Origin: Chiloscyllium plagiosum
Taxonomy: Eukaryota
Assembly (NCBI RefSeq): GCF_004010195.1
Contig: NC_057754.1
Coordinates: 2,605,498-2,669,497, forward strand
Length of the DNA: 64,000 nt
Reading direction: 5' to 3'
The notes under the pieces were generated by a model. It had not been told where the DNA came from and ran no database searches. It saw only the letters and a program-made list of their open reading frames with translations. Position 1 is the first letter of the stretch; each line of letters begins with the position of its first letter. Both the position numbers and the translations under genes were made by a program. Below are positions 38,833 to 51,457 of this stretch, piece by piece.

Positions 38833-40914
38833 CCTGATTAGCAGGGATTAACCTCTGCCCCACATGTGTAACTAGCTCCTCACAGGCCCACAGAAGTGAA
38901 TAGATGTAACACCCGCCCCACCGTCACCCTTCTGCTGTATACAGTGACAGAATTGTTGTGGTGTTGGAGGACACCATTCAGCCTACCATGGCTTAGTACT
39001 GTCTTCTTAAAAAAAAGATGATGCTGGAGAAATGCGGCAGGTCTGGCAGCTCCTATGGAGAAAGAGAAAAACAGAGTGGATGTATCGAGTCCAGTAACAC
39101 ACCTCTTCAGAATGACTTGATGCTATTCTCCTGCCTTTCCCCTTTGACTGTAAACATTTTTCTACCAATCATCTCAATTTCCTCCTGAACGCCTTGATTG
39201 TATCTACCTTCTCCACCACAACGTATTCTCACATTGCATTGTCAATTTTTGTGCAAAACCCAGTTTGTCCCCTCATACGTCATACCTTGCACTTCTCAGG
39301 AATCCTGCCTACACAGCTGTTGTATTCCAAGCATTGCTCAAAAGTCAAAAGAAAATAGAAACCAAAAGTCTCACTCTATTACTAATGGGTGTTTCCCTTA
39401 AGCTTAAAAATCAAGTTCCAGAAGAACAACCTTGAAAGCCTCATTATTTACCTTGATGGGCCACAAAACAAACAAAGTCCATACAAACTTATTCACTCTA
39501 AAGCTAGGCTTCAGAACTGTTTAAAAATAAATCATCGTGGCTACAGCATACTTAGGAGTTAATAATATACTTCAGGCACAGAAAACCCACAGGTTCAAAC
39601 CAAACTCAAACTTAGGAAAGTTATTTTTAAAAAATAAATCTATGTACATAAATCACACAGTTTACATTCACAGTTGTCATGGAGGAGCAGAAGAAACTAA
39701 TGGTCTGATGCAGCATTGAGGGGGTGCAATCCTGTTGGAAGGGTTGGGAAGGAGTCAGTACTGAGGCGATGGACAGTGTCAGAGGGCCAGTGCCAAGGGA
39801 GCTCCCCCATCAAAAGGCCACCTTTTGAGCTAGATAGAGGCTCCACCTGCATATTTGAGGTGGATGAGAAGGATCCCACTGTCACTATTTTTGAAGTGTA
39901 GTGTTGTTCCATGATGTATAGGGGCCAATTTGATCCCACAAACAGTATAATGATCTGGTCGTTACCACCTTGTTGCTTGTGTCACCTGTCTGTGTGCAAA
40001 TTGAATGCCAGGTTCCTATGTTTCAAAACCAACTTCACTTTCAGTTACTTCACTGATTTGATTATAAAATGCTGTGGTGTTTGGTTATTGTGAAAGCTGC
40101 TGTGAAGCTGTCAGTTTTCCCCATAATGCTGGTGACGCTCTGTGAGTTATTAGTCTGTCACCAAAGCTCTTATTTTGAGGTGATAAATTCAGCTTTTTGT
40201 GTTAAGGGGATATCAGCCTCCCGTGTAGTCTTTGCCTTTAAAGGTTGCAGCACGTTCTGCCGACTGAGGTTCCATGAAGGTGAAAAATGTTGGAATAATC
40301 CCGCAAAACTTGATTTTCTTGCTTCAAGGCTTGAGCTACCTTCCCCAGGATTTGCACAGCTTGGAATTGGTCCTATTTTCAATTTCATTCACCAGCATTT
40401 CTGTAAAATCCCGATTGATTGTGACATCTTCCATAATCAAGTGTGACAGCTGTAGTACAATGACTACGTAGGCTGTTGTGCTATTCTTAGTTTACACTTC
40501 GTGTTTAATTTGATTCAACATAGCTTAAGTCTCTGTTGCTTGCATCCTAACTTGCTGAGTCCCACGCATCATTCTCCCTTGTAAAAGATGACCTACATTT
40601 GTGCAAAGTTAAGCAATCCTTTCTTTTAAAAAGCCTGCTTTTCAAATCCCTCTGTGAACTTGATCCATGCTGTCTCTGCAATTTCCTGTGGTGGAGGGGG
40701 GGGGGGGAGGCGAGCGGTGGGTATTCGTAGCGGATGGTGTTCACAAGCGATTGTTGTTGTCACTTCAGTATTTTCCCATGGTAGATTTTGGAACTGAACA
40801 TTCTATGTCGGCAGCATGGAGCATCCTGAATATTTTCTTTGCACATGCAACCTGTTCTCGCTGTCGTTAACCCATCTGGAGCTGAGGCTTGCGACTATTT
40901 ATCACTGCTGTTTA

Positions 40915-41640
40915 CATACATGTGAGGTATTGCCTTTGGTAAGGCAAATCCGGTCTACACTTATACACTTAATGGTGAGGTCCTGGGGAGTGTTGCTGAA
41001 CAAAGAGACCTTGGAGTGCAGTTTCATAGTTTCTTGAAAGTGGGGTCACAGGTAGACAGGATAGTGAAGAAGGCGTTTGGTATGTTTGCCTTTATTGGTC
41101 AGTGCATGAAGTAAAGGAGTTGGGATGTTGCAGCTGCACAGGACATTGGTGTTGGAAAGCTGTTGTGAAACTTGAAAGGGGTCAGAAAAGATTTCCGAGA
41201 ATATTGCCAGAGTTGGAGGATTTGGGCGATAGGGAGAGGCTGAAGAGGCTGGAGCTGTTTTGCCTGGAGTGTCAGAGGCTCAGGGGGTGACCTTGCAGCA
41301 TGGTTAGGGTGAATAGCCAAGGTCGTTTTCCCCAGGTAGTGGAGCCCAAAGTTAGAGGGTATAGGTTTAAGTTGAGAGGAGAAAGATATAAAAGGGACCT
41401 ACGGGGCAACATTTTCACACAGTGGGTGGTACATACATGGAATAAGCTGCTAAAGGAAGTGGTGAAGGCTGTTATAATTACAACATTTAAAAGTCATCTG
41501 GATGGTTACATGAATAGGAAGGGTTTAGAGCAATTTGGGCCAAGTGCTGGCGAATGGGAGGATACTAATTTGGATGTCTAGTTGGCATGGACAAGTTGGA
41601 CTGAAGGTTTTTTCCATGCTGTACGACTCAATGACTCTGC
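40915..41640 (+). mobile_element. CR1/HER1-type LINE 3' fragment ending just before PRPF39-like exon 2
   Basis: RGERYKRDLRGNIFTQ...WN plus tail. Confidence 0.85.
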
Positions 41641-41682
41641 TTTGAGTCCGTGAGCATTAACGTTTTCCTTTTTGTTTTGCAG

Positions 41683-43199
41683 ATGATGAGCAGAAACTAT
41701 TCAACAAAAGCCGCCGCGGTGGGAGTAATCCGTGCATCACGCAGAATTTGCCCACTCGGGTTCTCGGCTTGCGTGTTGATGAGACTGCCGTGGAGGAGGC
41801 CTCTGCTGACAGCCCAAGCCCCTGTGACGGGGACACTGGAGAAGAATCAGCAGCCAGTACTCCAGCACCGAGTGACGGAGACACTGGAGAGGAGCTAGCG
41901 GCAGATTCCACTGCTGACACCGGGGAGGAGTCTGCAGCTGATTCTACTGGCCCTAGTGACGGAGACTCTGGGGAAGAATCAGCAGCTGATTCCACAGGAC
42001 CCCACGACACACGAGAGGAGTCAGCCGCAGACTCCACCGGCCCGAGTGATGGTGACACTGGCGAGGAGTCCGCAGCAGACAGTCCTGCTCCCTGTAATAT
42101 CGACAGGCTACTAGACACAGCAGCTGACTCCACCGGCCCAAGTGGTGGGGCCATTAGGGAGGAGACAGCTGCTGACAGTCCTGGCCCATGTGATACAGAC
42201 AGTGTAGAGCAGGCAGCTGCAGGTAGTCCTGGTCCATGTGATGGGGACACTGTCGGCGAGACTGCTGCTGAAAGCCCTGGTCCCTGTGATACAGACACTA
42301 TGCAGCAAGGCCCTGCAGGGAGTCCTGGTCCTTGTGATACGGACCCTGTGGGGGACGCGGCTGCTGACAGTCCTGGCCCCTGTGACACAGACACCATAGA
42401 ACAAGGAGCTGCAGGTAGCCCCGGTCCCTGTGACACAGACACTGTCAGGGGGACAGCAGCAGGTAGCCCCGGTCCCTGTGACACCGACACTGGCGTGGAG
42501 ACAGCTGCAGCTAGTCCTGGCCCATGTGATACGGACACTGTTGGGGAGTCAGCAGCTGACAGTCCAGGTCCCTGTGATGGAGACACGGTAGGGGGTATGA
42601 CTGCAGATAGCCCTGGTCCCTGTGATACGGACACTGTAGGGGAGACAGCTGCTGACAGTCTCAGCCCACGTGACCGAAATGAAGTAGAGAAACTGGCTGC
42701 TGAAAGCCCACGTCCGTCTGGTGTTCAGAGCTCAGCCGGAGAGCTAGCTACAAGTCCCAACCCACCAAGTGACCAGGACACTGTGGCAGAGATGGAGATA
42801 GATGGACTGGGTATGGACAAGGAAACAGCCGAGGAATCACTGGTTGCCGAGTGCACGAACATAGACCATGGTCAGGACGCTTTGAGTGGACTGGCAGCTG
42901 ACTCTTCGAGCAGTGCGACAGCGCTGGAGGCAGTGACCCTGCTCCCCGCGAGCACCAACGGTCCAGAACACGCAATGGACAAACTGATCCATCCTGACAT
43001 TGCAGACTATATGGCGACGGAGAGCACCACTGACTGTCTGGATGCGTACGGGCAGGCCAGTGGTGATTATGGAGTCATAGAGACTGAGGACAGTGTCCCT
43101 CCGTACCCCACCGACTTTGAGAAGTATTGGAAAATAGTTGAGGACAATCCATATGATTTTACAGGATGGACATATGTCCTGCAATATGTGGAACAAGAG
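41683..43199 (+). CDS. PRPF39: PRPF39-like exon 2 (1517 nt; 16-aa repeat array then PPYPTDFEKYWKIVEDNPYDFTGWTYVLQYVEQE)
   Basis: Strong polypyrimidine acceptor tttgcag|AT, no stop in frame, GAG|gtaagg donor. Confidence 0.88.
41805..42790 (+). repeat. Coding tandem repeat, 48-nt / 16-aa unit, ~20 copies (consensus ADSPGPCDTDTVGETA)
   Basis: SPGPC recurs at exact 48-nt spacing from 42177 to 42609, flanked by more divergent units. Confidence 0.95.
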
Positions 43200-43927
43200 G
43201 TAAGGCAGTCGTTGTGTCGGTGTTACTGTGCTAGCATGCCTTCTATATCACTTGCCTTTTTTTCCCCTGGTGGTAAACTCCCAACAGCAGTTTAACTAAG
43301 AGAGCAAGTGGACAAGGGTCTCTCTGCTGTAGTTTTTTTTTCCCAACACCGGTATTTTTAGCAACACTTCTGTAATGTGATGCCTTCTGTGCAGTGAGGT
43401 GGGGCTCTAAAGTGCGAGAGTGATTTGACACCAGAACAAGTGGGGATCAGAGGCGGGTGTTTGGATTGCGACTGTCACTCAGTTCTGAAGCAGGGCCGGT
43501 GAGGGTGTGGATATAGTTTCACCTGATGTGAGTGTGTCCACCGACTTAACGTCAAACAGAGGAAAGTGAATTCAAAGCAAAGCAGTGTTGGAAAGACTTT
43601 GACAATCTCCTGCAGAGGGGAGACTGCGTGGGTCAGGGACTAGAGAATTTTGAGGTTGATGGGGCGCCTGCAGGACAGTGAAGGGATGTGACGGCAGGGA
43701 CAGGGTCTTGGCACAGTCTAGCGTCTTGGTCAGAGGCATCCAGGATGAGTTGCAGGTTGTGTGGGAAGGAAATCAGGGGGCCAGCAAGAGAAACAGTGGT
43801 GTAGAGGTAATATGGGTTGACGAAAGACAACATAATCTTCACTGGAGGTGGAAATAGGTGGTAAGGATGTGGGATGAAGGTGCTCTCTCTGAGGTTGGAG
43901 TCATCTGGAGGAGGGTGAGGGTGTTTT

Positions 43928-44252
43928 TAGATTCGATTCCTGACCGTTTGGAAACAGGCCATTTGGCCCAACAAGTCCACACTGACCCTACGGAGAGTAA
44001 TCCAACCCGACCCATTCCCCTGCCCTTTATTTATCCCGACTAATGCACCTAACACTATGGGCAATTTCCCATGGCTAATCCACTCTAACCTGCACATCTT
44101 TGGATTTGTGAGAGAAAACCGGAGCACCCAGAGGAAACCCACACAGACACGGGGATAATGTGCAAACTCCACACAGACAGTTGCCCAAACAGGAATTGAA
44201 CCCGGGTCCCTGGCTCTGGGAGGCAGTAGTGCTAACTGCTGTGTCACTGTGT
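43928..44252 (-). mobile_element. HE1-type SINE
   Basis: Reverse complement of the V-SINE pattern seen at 37314. Confidence 0.85.
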
Positions 44253-44534
44253 TACCCACAGAGGTTGAGAGGTGATATTTCTCATCCAGGCCAAGGAAAG
44301 CGATGGGACTGGATGGGTTACCAACTAATGCGATGTGTCTTGACAAGGTTCCACACAGGAGATTGCTGAATAAGATTAAGAGCCCATGATGTTAGGGGCA
44401 AGGTATTGGCATCAGTAGAGGATTGACTGACTGACAGAAGACAGGGAGTGTGGACAAAGGGGGATTTTTCAGGATGGCAGCAGGTGACTAGTGGGAATTC
44501 CACAGGAGTCCGTGTTGGAACTATGACTATTGGA

Positions 44535-44870
44535 AGGTGAGGTAGCTCAGTGGTTAGCATTGCTGCTTCCCAGCACCAGGGGCCCAGGTTCAATTCCAGC
44601 CTCAGGCGACTGTGTGGAGTTTGCACATTCTCCTCCTGTCTGCAGGGTTTCCTCTGGGTGGTCCAATTTCTCCTCTCAGTCCAAAGATGTGCAAGTTAGG
44701 TTAGTTGGCCATGCTAAAAAAAGATCCCATAGTGTCCTAGGATGTGTAGGTTAGCCATGATAAAAACCCAATGTGGGTTACAGGATGAAGATTTGGATGG
44801 GATGCTCTTCGGGGGGGGTCACTGCAGACTTGATGGGCCAAATCACCTCTTTCTGTGCTGTAGGGATTCT
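44535..44870 (+). mobile_element. HE1-type SINE nested in an old CR1 fragment
   Basis: V-SINE motifs flanked by CR1 RT-like remnants (44270-44530 and 44880-45790). Confidence 0.8.
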
Positions 44871-46727
44871 ATATTTACATTACACATTAATATTCTGGAC
44901 AGAGAAACTAAGGGCGTTGTTGTTAACTTTGGAGGTAATGCACAGAAGAGTGGAAGGATGGGTAGTGTTAGGGAAGTGGCGGCTTTGCAGAAGGACAGAC
45001 CAGGAGAGTGGGCAATGAAGTGGCAGGTGGAATACAGTGTGGGGCAAGTGTGAGATTAGGCACTTCGGTCGGAACAATAGAGATGTAGACTGTCTTCTAA
45101 ATCGGGAAAAGCTTCAGAAATCTGCAGCACCAAGGGACTTGCGAGTCCTGGTTCAGGATTCTCTTCCAGTTGACATGCAGGTTCATTTGGCAGTTAGGAA
45201 GGCAAATGCAATGTTAGTGTTCATTTTGAGAGGGCTAGAATATAAAAGCAAGGATGTACTGCTGAAGCTGTAGAAAGCTCTGGTCAGGCTGCATTTTGAA
45301 TATTATGAGCAATTTTGGGCTCCTTCTGTAAGGAAGTTTATGCCTGCCTTGGTGGGGTTCCAGACGAAGCTCACCAGAATGATCCCGGGAATGAGGGGCG
45401 TGCTTGAGGACTCTGGGTCTGGTACTTGGTGGAGTTTAGAAGGCTGAGGGGGCAATCTGATTGATTGAAACTTCCAGAACACTGAGGGGCCTGGATAGAG
45501 AGGATGTGAAAAAGTTGTTTTCTCTCGTAGGAGAGGCAGGACCCAAAGGCACAGCCTCACAGTAAAGGGTCAACCTTTATGAGCAAATGAGGAGGGAGGG
45601 TGTCAAAGTCACAGCTGCAGAATGCTGTGGAGGCCGAGTCATTGAGTGTCTTAGGACTGAGGCCTAACAGTTCTCGATTTGCGAGAGGGTCAATAGTTAA
45701 CAGGAGATGGCAGGAGCAAAGGTTTGAGAAACAGATCAGCCATGATCACATGGCGGAGCAGACTCAATGGCCAACTTCCGCTTCTATATTTTAGGCTCCT
45801 TGATCAAATGCACAATTGTGCCAGGGCAGAGCTGTATGGCTTCGTGGTAGGGGAGTGTCTGTCAATGGGTGTGAATCTGTAATAGGTTGGAGAAAAGGAA
45901 ACACCATTGGCCGAGGGGAGAGAGCATTCAGTTGGTGGGTTGGTAGAGGAATGGGAGAGGATGCTTCCCCTGGCAGGGGTGAGGAAATGGACAGGCCTCT
46001 GTGCTGTCCTTTCAGCGAGGTTCCTTAATTAGTGAGTGATCAGCAGTGGGAGGGTGGAATACTATGGGACAGTCACTAGAGTTGTTTGTAGAGTTCAAGC
46101 CAATATCAAGGACTTGACCAAATGATCTAAGCTGATGCCCCCAGGGCCAGCACTAGGGGAGTGCTGCACTGTCGGAGCTGCTGTTTCCTAATGAGACTTT
46201 AAACTCTGGCTATATCAGGTGGGTGTAGAAAAGTCCCAACTGTATTTTTGAAGAAAATTAGAGTGTTTTCCACGGGTAGCCTGGCCAACTTTCTCACCTG
46301 GCCAACGTTCCTAACTGCTCGCTCTATGTTTATCTGGGGCCCACCTGTCCTCCTCCATCCCTTCAGGACAGGAATATTCCAAGACAAATGGGATTTGTGA
46401 TCTCCATCCCCACCTTCAGTCACTGAGCCTGTCCCCACAGGAAAATGGCTGGGGCACCAAGGTCAGGTGACTTTCTCTTCTGCAGTTCCACTGTCATTGG
46501 CTCGTGTAGCTTCCCCAGAGAGTAGGTGCTCCCTCACTCCCTTGCCTGCTTCAGTTGCTGAGGCTATAGACGTGAATCCCAGCCGAGCAGGCAGGCAGAG
46601 AGCAGTGTATCCCAGGACTCCTGGCTTAGCAGGTTTGGCAATGTCTCTGACTGGAACGTAAGGTCGTGTGTCTCGGGGCGTGGTGCAGGACTGGGCTGCT
46701 CTCTTGTTCATTCTGGTCTTCTTTCAG

Positions 46728-46853
46728 AATCACATCTGGGCCGTGCGGAAGGCATTCGATGCGTTCTTCGCCCGCTATCCCTATTGTTATGGCTACTGGA
46801 AGAAATATGCCGACATAGAGAAGCGCCTGGGGTTCACCAAAGAGGCAGAGGAG
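46728..46853 (+). CDS. PRPF39: PRPF39-like exon 3 (NHIWAVRKAFDAFFARYPYCYGYWKKYADIEK...)
   Basis: ttcag|AAT...GAG|gtgagg; 126 nt. Confidence 0.96.
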
Positions 46854-47399
46854 GTGAGGGGACTGACGTGGGGAGCTTCGGGGGCTGCTGTTTCTTTTGG
46901 GTTATTTAAGCTGATAAATGTTGCTCGCATTCTACCGAGAGGAGATCCAGCTGACAGTTTCCCTGGAATTTGCCTATCTGTCAGATTACAGCTCGAGTCA
47001 TCTGCTTGGATGTGATGACAGCTGCCAACTTGTGTCTGCAAAAAGTTAAATCATTGCCCATGCACATCTTGTGAAACAGATGTCCTTTTTGCTTGTCAGC
47101 ATAGAGTAAACAGTAGAGATTGAGAGTGTGTATGAAAACTGTTTATCGTCCCTTCTCTCGCTCACCCAGAACACCAGTGTCTGCTCTCTCCACTCTGCGA
47201 TGGTTTCTGCCTGAACAGCTCTCAGTAGCAGAGCACCCCCGAGATCCAGCAATTCACCGTGTGAATAATCTCTTCCTGATCCTGCTCCTTCCTCTGTCTT
47301 CTCTTTACGTTAATGACTGTATTACTGCCACCTTCCCAAGTTAATAGAAATCCGTGCAGGATGGTGGAGCTTCTTCACCGTTGGCACAAGCTCTGCTCA

Positions 47400-47885
47400 T
47401 TAAACGTTCACAGGACAGGGGCAGCATAGCGTTAGATACAGAATAATTTTTTGTCTACTGAAAGTAAAAGCTGCTTCCATTCCTTTTTAAAGTGAAAGTA
47501 GAATTTTCTCTACACTGTTCCCATTAAAAAACCCCAGGACAGGGACAGCACAGCATTAGATACAGAACAGAGATACTGTTTCAATCAAACATCCACAGGA
47601 CAGTTAATACACAAGGTTTAATACAGATTAATGCTCCCTCTAGTATTTTAAACAGAAAGTAAAGCTTTCTTGCAACTGTGTCCCCATCAAACTCTCCAAG
47701 AACAGGTACAGCTCTCTGTACCCTTTTAAAGTGTAAGAAAAGCTCTCAACACTGTCCCCATTAAAGTCCCAGGTCAGGTACAGGATGTGTTAGATACAGA
47801 GTAAAGCTCCCTTGTCGTTGTTCCCATCAAACACACATAGGACAGGGACAGCGTGGGGTTATTTACAGAATAAAGCTCCTTTCAT
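47400..47885 (+). repeat. Diverged array of the same ~58-bp minisatellite
   Basis: Recurrent ttagatacaga.taaagct...cccatcaaac...ggacagggacagc. Confidence 0.75.
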
Positions 47886-47977
47886 GCTTCACTGTGCCTA
47901 GAGCCACGTTCTCTGAAACATACCATAATTCTCCCGATACATTCCGATAGTTGCAGCTTGCTGTTTTTCTGCTGCAG

Positions 47978-48096
47978 GTTTACCAGCGAGGACTCCAGTC
48001 CATCCCACTTAGTGTCGATCTTTGGGTTCACTACATCACATTCCTACAGGAGATCCTCGATGCTACCAATCCTGAAACTCCTGCTAAACTCCGGAG
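47978..48096 (+). CDS. PRPF39: PRPF39-like exon 4 (VYQRGLQSIPLSVDLWVHYITFL...)
   Basis: tgcag|GTT...AG|gtaagc; 119 nt. Confidence 0.96.
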
Positions 48097-49466
48097 GTAA
48101 GCCCATGTCATCTGACTTTGAAGTGGACAGGGATGGGGGGAGTCTGTGCCTGGTGCCCAAACCTGAGTTGTTGTTTGTTTCTGAGCAAGCTGGATTATGA
48201 CTGAACTGGTGTTATTTCAACCCCTTGTTTTTCAGCAAGGCTTCACGGAGATCCCAGGTTGTTGCAGCACACAGAATTGCAGAGGCAGGACAGGCATGTA
48301 AGATCACAGAATCTTTTGGGTGTGGGAAATTCCACCCCGGCTTAACAAACGGAAAATAAGGGATGGCAGCATTTGGTCAAAGAAGCAACAGCAAACTGCG
48401 GGCAGTCCTGTTTGGCAGCAGGTGGCTACGATCTGGCAGGCACTGTTTCCACGTCCAGGAGTGTCCCTTCTTCTTGGTTATCCTATTTGATTCACTGCCA
48501 TTCACTACCATCTTAATGCGCAGCAGTCGTACTCTGAGCCTACGCGCCAACATTTGTGCTCCCCAAGGATTTGAAACTTGTCATCATGGTGAAAGTCTCT
48601 TTGTCCAACAATAGTTGTGCCATCTGCCGCGACCTTCATTCAGCTGGCCTCTCTTTCCACGGGCTGTGGTACCCTTCTCCAGGTCGACCAGCAGCACTCC
48701 CCATGTCTTGAGGAGCTGATAGGTTTGAGCTGCTGGCTGTGGACATAGCTGACGTTCCAACGAGGTGCTGAGAAAATGCAGCTTGCTCACAGGTGAAGAT
48801 CAGGAGTATTCTCTGGCTGTCGTTGGCACCATCCTAAACTGATGAACCTGTCTGTGCTGATTGAGCGAGCTTTGCAGCGACCAGTTGGTTGCTGTGTCGC
48901 CACCTTTCCAGGGGCTGCATAAATGAAGGAAATAAGACTTGAATTCCTAGTCAATGGAAGGACGTTTTGAAGTGAAGACCCTGTTGTAATGGAGGCACTG
49001 CAACCAGTTGGCACACAGCAAGCTCTTGCAGGAGAAATGTTGGCCTCGGGACACCGGGTAGAATCCTCCCTCTCCGTGCATGGACACAACCACGCAGACT
49101 TACATACATACACACAGACCCATGCACACGCATGCGCACATACTCTCATGCACACTGACCCATGCACGTGCGCGTGTGCGCACACACGCAGGCACCAGCT
49201 GCTCTTCTACCAGTGCCTGTGGGAAGCCTTGCACCCAACCACATGGGACCTCAGTTTAATGTCTCATCTGAAAGGATACAGTAGAGTGATGTCCCTGAGC
49301 AACAGTGGAAACAGTCATTGAGATGGTGGGTAGGGAGTTCTTGATGTAATGCTCCTAATCAAGATTCATATTTATTGGCCTCTGTAGCCTGCACTGCTTT
49401 GGACTGTTGATGGATCCACTTGGGCTGTTTGTTTGTTTGTTTATTTATTTATGTATTTATTTGCAG

Positions 49467-49634
49467 TGTGTTTGAAATGGCGTTGGCTGCTGCTGGCACA
49501 GACTTCCGTTCTGACCGGCTCTGGGATCTATATGTGAACTGGGAGAAGGAGCAGGGTCAGCTGAAGGCTGTAACTGCCATTTATGACCGGGTGCTATCAA
49601 TACCGACGCAATTGTACAGTCACCACTTTGAGAA
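49467..49634 (+). CDS. PRPF39: PRPF39-like exon 5 (VFEMALAAAGTDFRSDRLW...HHFEK)
   Basis: tgcag|T...GAA|gtaagt; 168 nt. Confidence 0.96.
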
Positions 49635-51285
49635 GTAAGTAAAGGAAGGGCTCTTGCACGATTAATGCGCAGTGTTGTAAATTATGCTCACCGTTGATCC
49701 GGTAACCCGACTGGTGTCATAAAAATATATCCAGCACAGAAACCAGGAAACTTCCGTGTTTCTGCTTCACACAGGCCGCCTCCTACTCCTCCCCTCTGTC
49801 TCCCTTGCATTTATTTTTCCCTTCTATGTTTATCCAGCTTTCTCCCTAAATACATCAACATCTTTCACCTCAACCACTCCCTGTCTGTGTGTGTTCCACA
49901 GACTCTCTGCTCTGAACTTTCTCCTTAGTTGGAGATGATTGGGGGCCTGTTGGCTTTGCCAGCGATGCCCGTGTTGCATAAATGCATTTTTCTTTTTTGG
50001 TTAAAGAGAGGATGCTCCCTGGATTGGCTGTGTCAGTTTGGGAGCCAGTGACCGACAGGAAAAGACCCTCTTCACCATCCACCCCATCCCAAGCAATCGC
50101 CATGTTCTGTGCACCACGCTTGAACTCTTCCCGTCACCTGGTAGTGGAGATTTCCTGGGAGAGATGTGAAACCAAGTTTAAAATCCAGAGGCAATCAGAA
50201 GTGGACAATTCCCCTCTGACCCACTGCCTGGTTTACAACTGAAACTAGACCGGACGTTGCCATTAACCCTGAATTGTTTGTAAGTGTGTAATTGTGTACA
50301 AGTTGATTTGCAACCCTGCTGATAACTGGTCCAGTTCACTTGTGTAGCAGCAATGCATCCTCTCCCTGGCTCCAAATCAAACGAGCAGTTGCAAACGAGA
50401 TGAGGCCAGAAGTTGTTTGTCCAGAGTTGCTCACATCGGCTGGGGCAGCAAGGTATTTGTTAAAGATCTGCCGTTGCAGCAGCAAATTAATGTCATGTCT
50501 CCCATGGAGACCCAGACTGCTTCAGGACATCTGGTTCCATCCCCCAAAGGATATTGGTAATTGGTTCACGCTACAGGAACAGTAGGCTCTGCCAAGACAG
50601 GGGAAAATGCTAGCCACACATCCCCGGCCTGATGCCTGCTGGGAGGGGTCCTGAGTGAGAGTCCATGCCTTTGGGAGTGAGCAGTGACTTTTTTTTCTTA
50701 ATCCTGTGCTAACGTAGTGTTTTAGCACAGTAAAGCATCCTGAGGCTTGATCCCAAGAATAGTTATCAAACAAATCAACATTTGACATGCGAGATATTGG
50801 GGACGGATGACTTCAGACAAGGTCAAAGAGGTCAGTGTTTGGGACTGTCATGAGTGGAAGGAAGAGGCACGGAGATTTAGGAAATTCCAGAGTTTAGGGG
50901 TTGCGAGCAGCTGAAGGCGCAGCCACTAATAGAGCTGTTCAAACCAAGATGTTGGGAGGGTGTTCGCAAGACTGGAATTAAAGGAGTGCAGAGTTCTCTG
51001 GGTGGTGGTGGTGGTAGGCTGTGGAGGAATTGCAGAGACAGGGAGAGATGAGGGCATAACTGAGCATTTTAGCGTTGAAGTGTTGTCGGACCAGGAGCTC
51101 TTGTGGGTCGGTTCATGTAAGGAGCAACAATAAATGGGACTCTGTGCAAGTTAGGATGCCAGGCAGCAGGAGGTTGAAGGTGGAGGGGAACTGTCCCTCC
51201 TGCCTGTCGTCCAGACTTCACGCAGCGATGGTTTTACCCAAACCAGAGGCTGTCTCTAACTCCAGGTCTCTTGACTGTCATGCAG

Positions 51286-51457
51286 GTTTAAGGACCATGT
51301 GCAGAGCTACTCACCGAAGGACATCCTGTCCACTGACGAGTTCCTCAGACTGAGGTCAGAGGTCGTAAGCAACCTGGCGGCAGCTGAAACGGAGTGCGAC
51401 GAGGGGCCCCCTGGAGATGACCCTCCGCCCGGTGTGGGGACCACCGATGAGGAGAAG
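51286..51457 (+). CDS. PRPF39: PRPF39-like exon 6 (FKDHVQSYSPKDILSTDEFLRLR...PPGDDPPPG...EEK)
   Basis: tgcag|G...AAG|gtgacc; 172 nt. Confidence 0.92.

Larger units (their letters stand above)
36470..38925 (+). repeat. Degenerate ~40-45-bp minisatellite (tgtaactgcaacccc...atagagggaa) broken by LINE/SINE insertions
   Basis: Motif recurs at 36475-36700, 37108-37310, 37635-37825 and 38840-38920. Confidence 0.6.

Noticed and set aside
41657..42634. 325-aa minus-strand ORF (VSVSQGPGLSAA repeats)
   Set aside because: It is the antisense shadow of the 48-nt coding repeat. Synonymous variation supports the + frame, which splices into PRPF39.
41805..42790. Regularly spaced repeats as a CRISPR-like array
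   Set aside because: Eukaryotic in-frame coding tandem repeat with no unique spacers and no cas genes.
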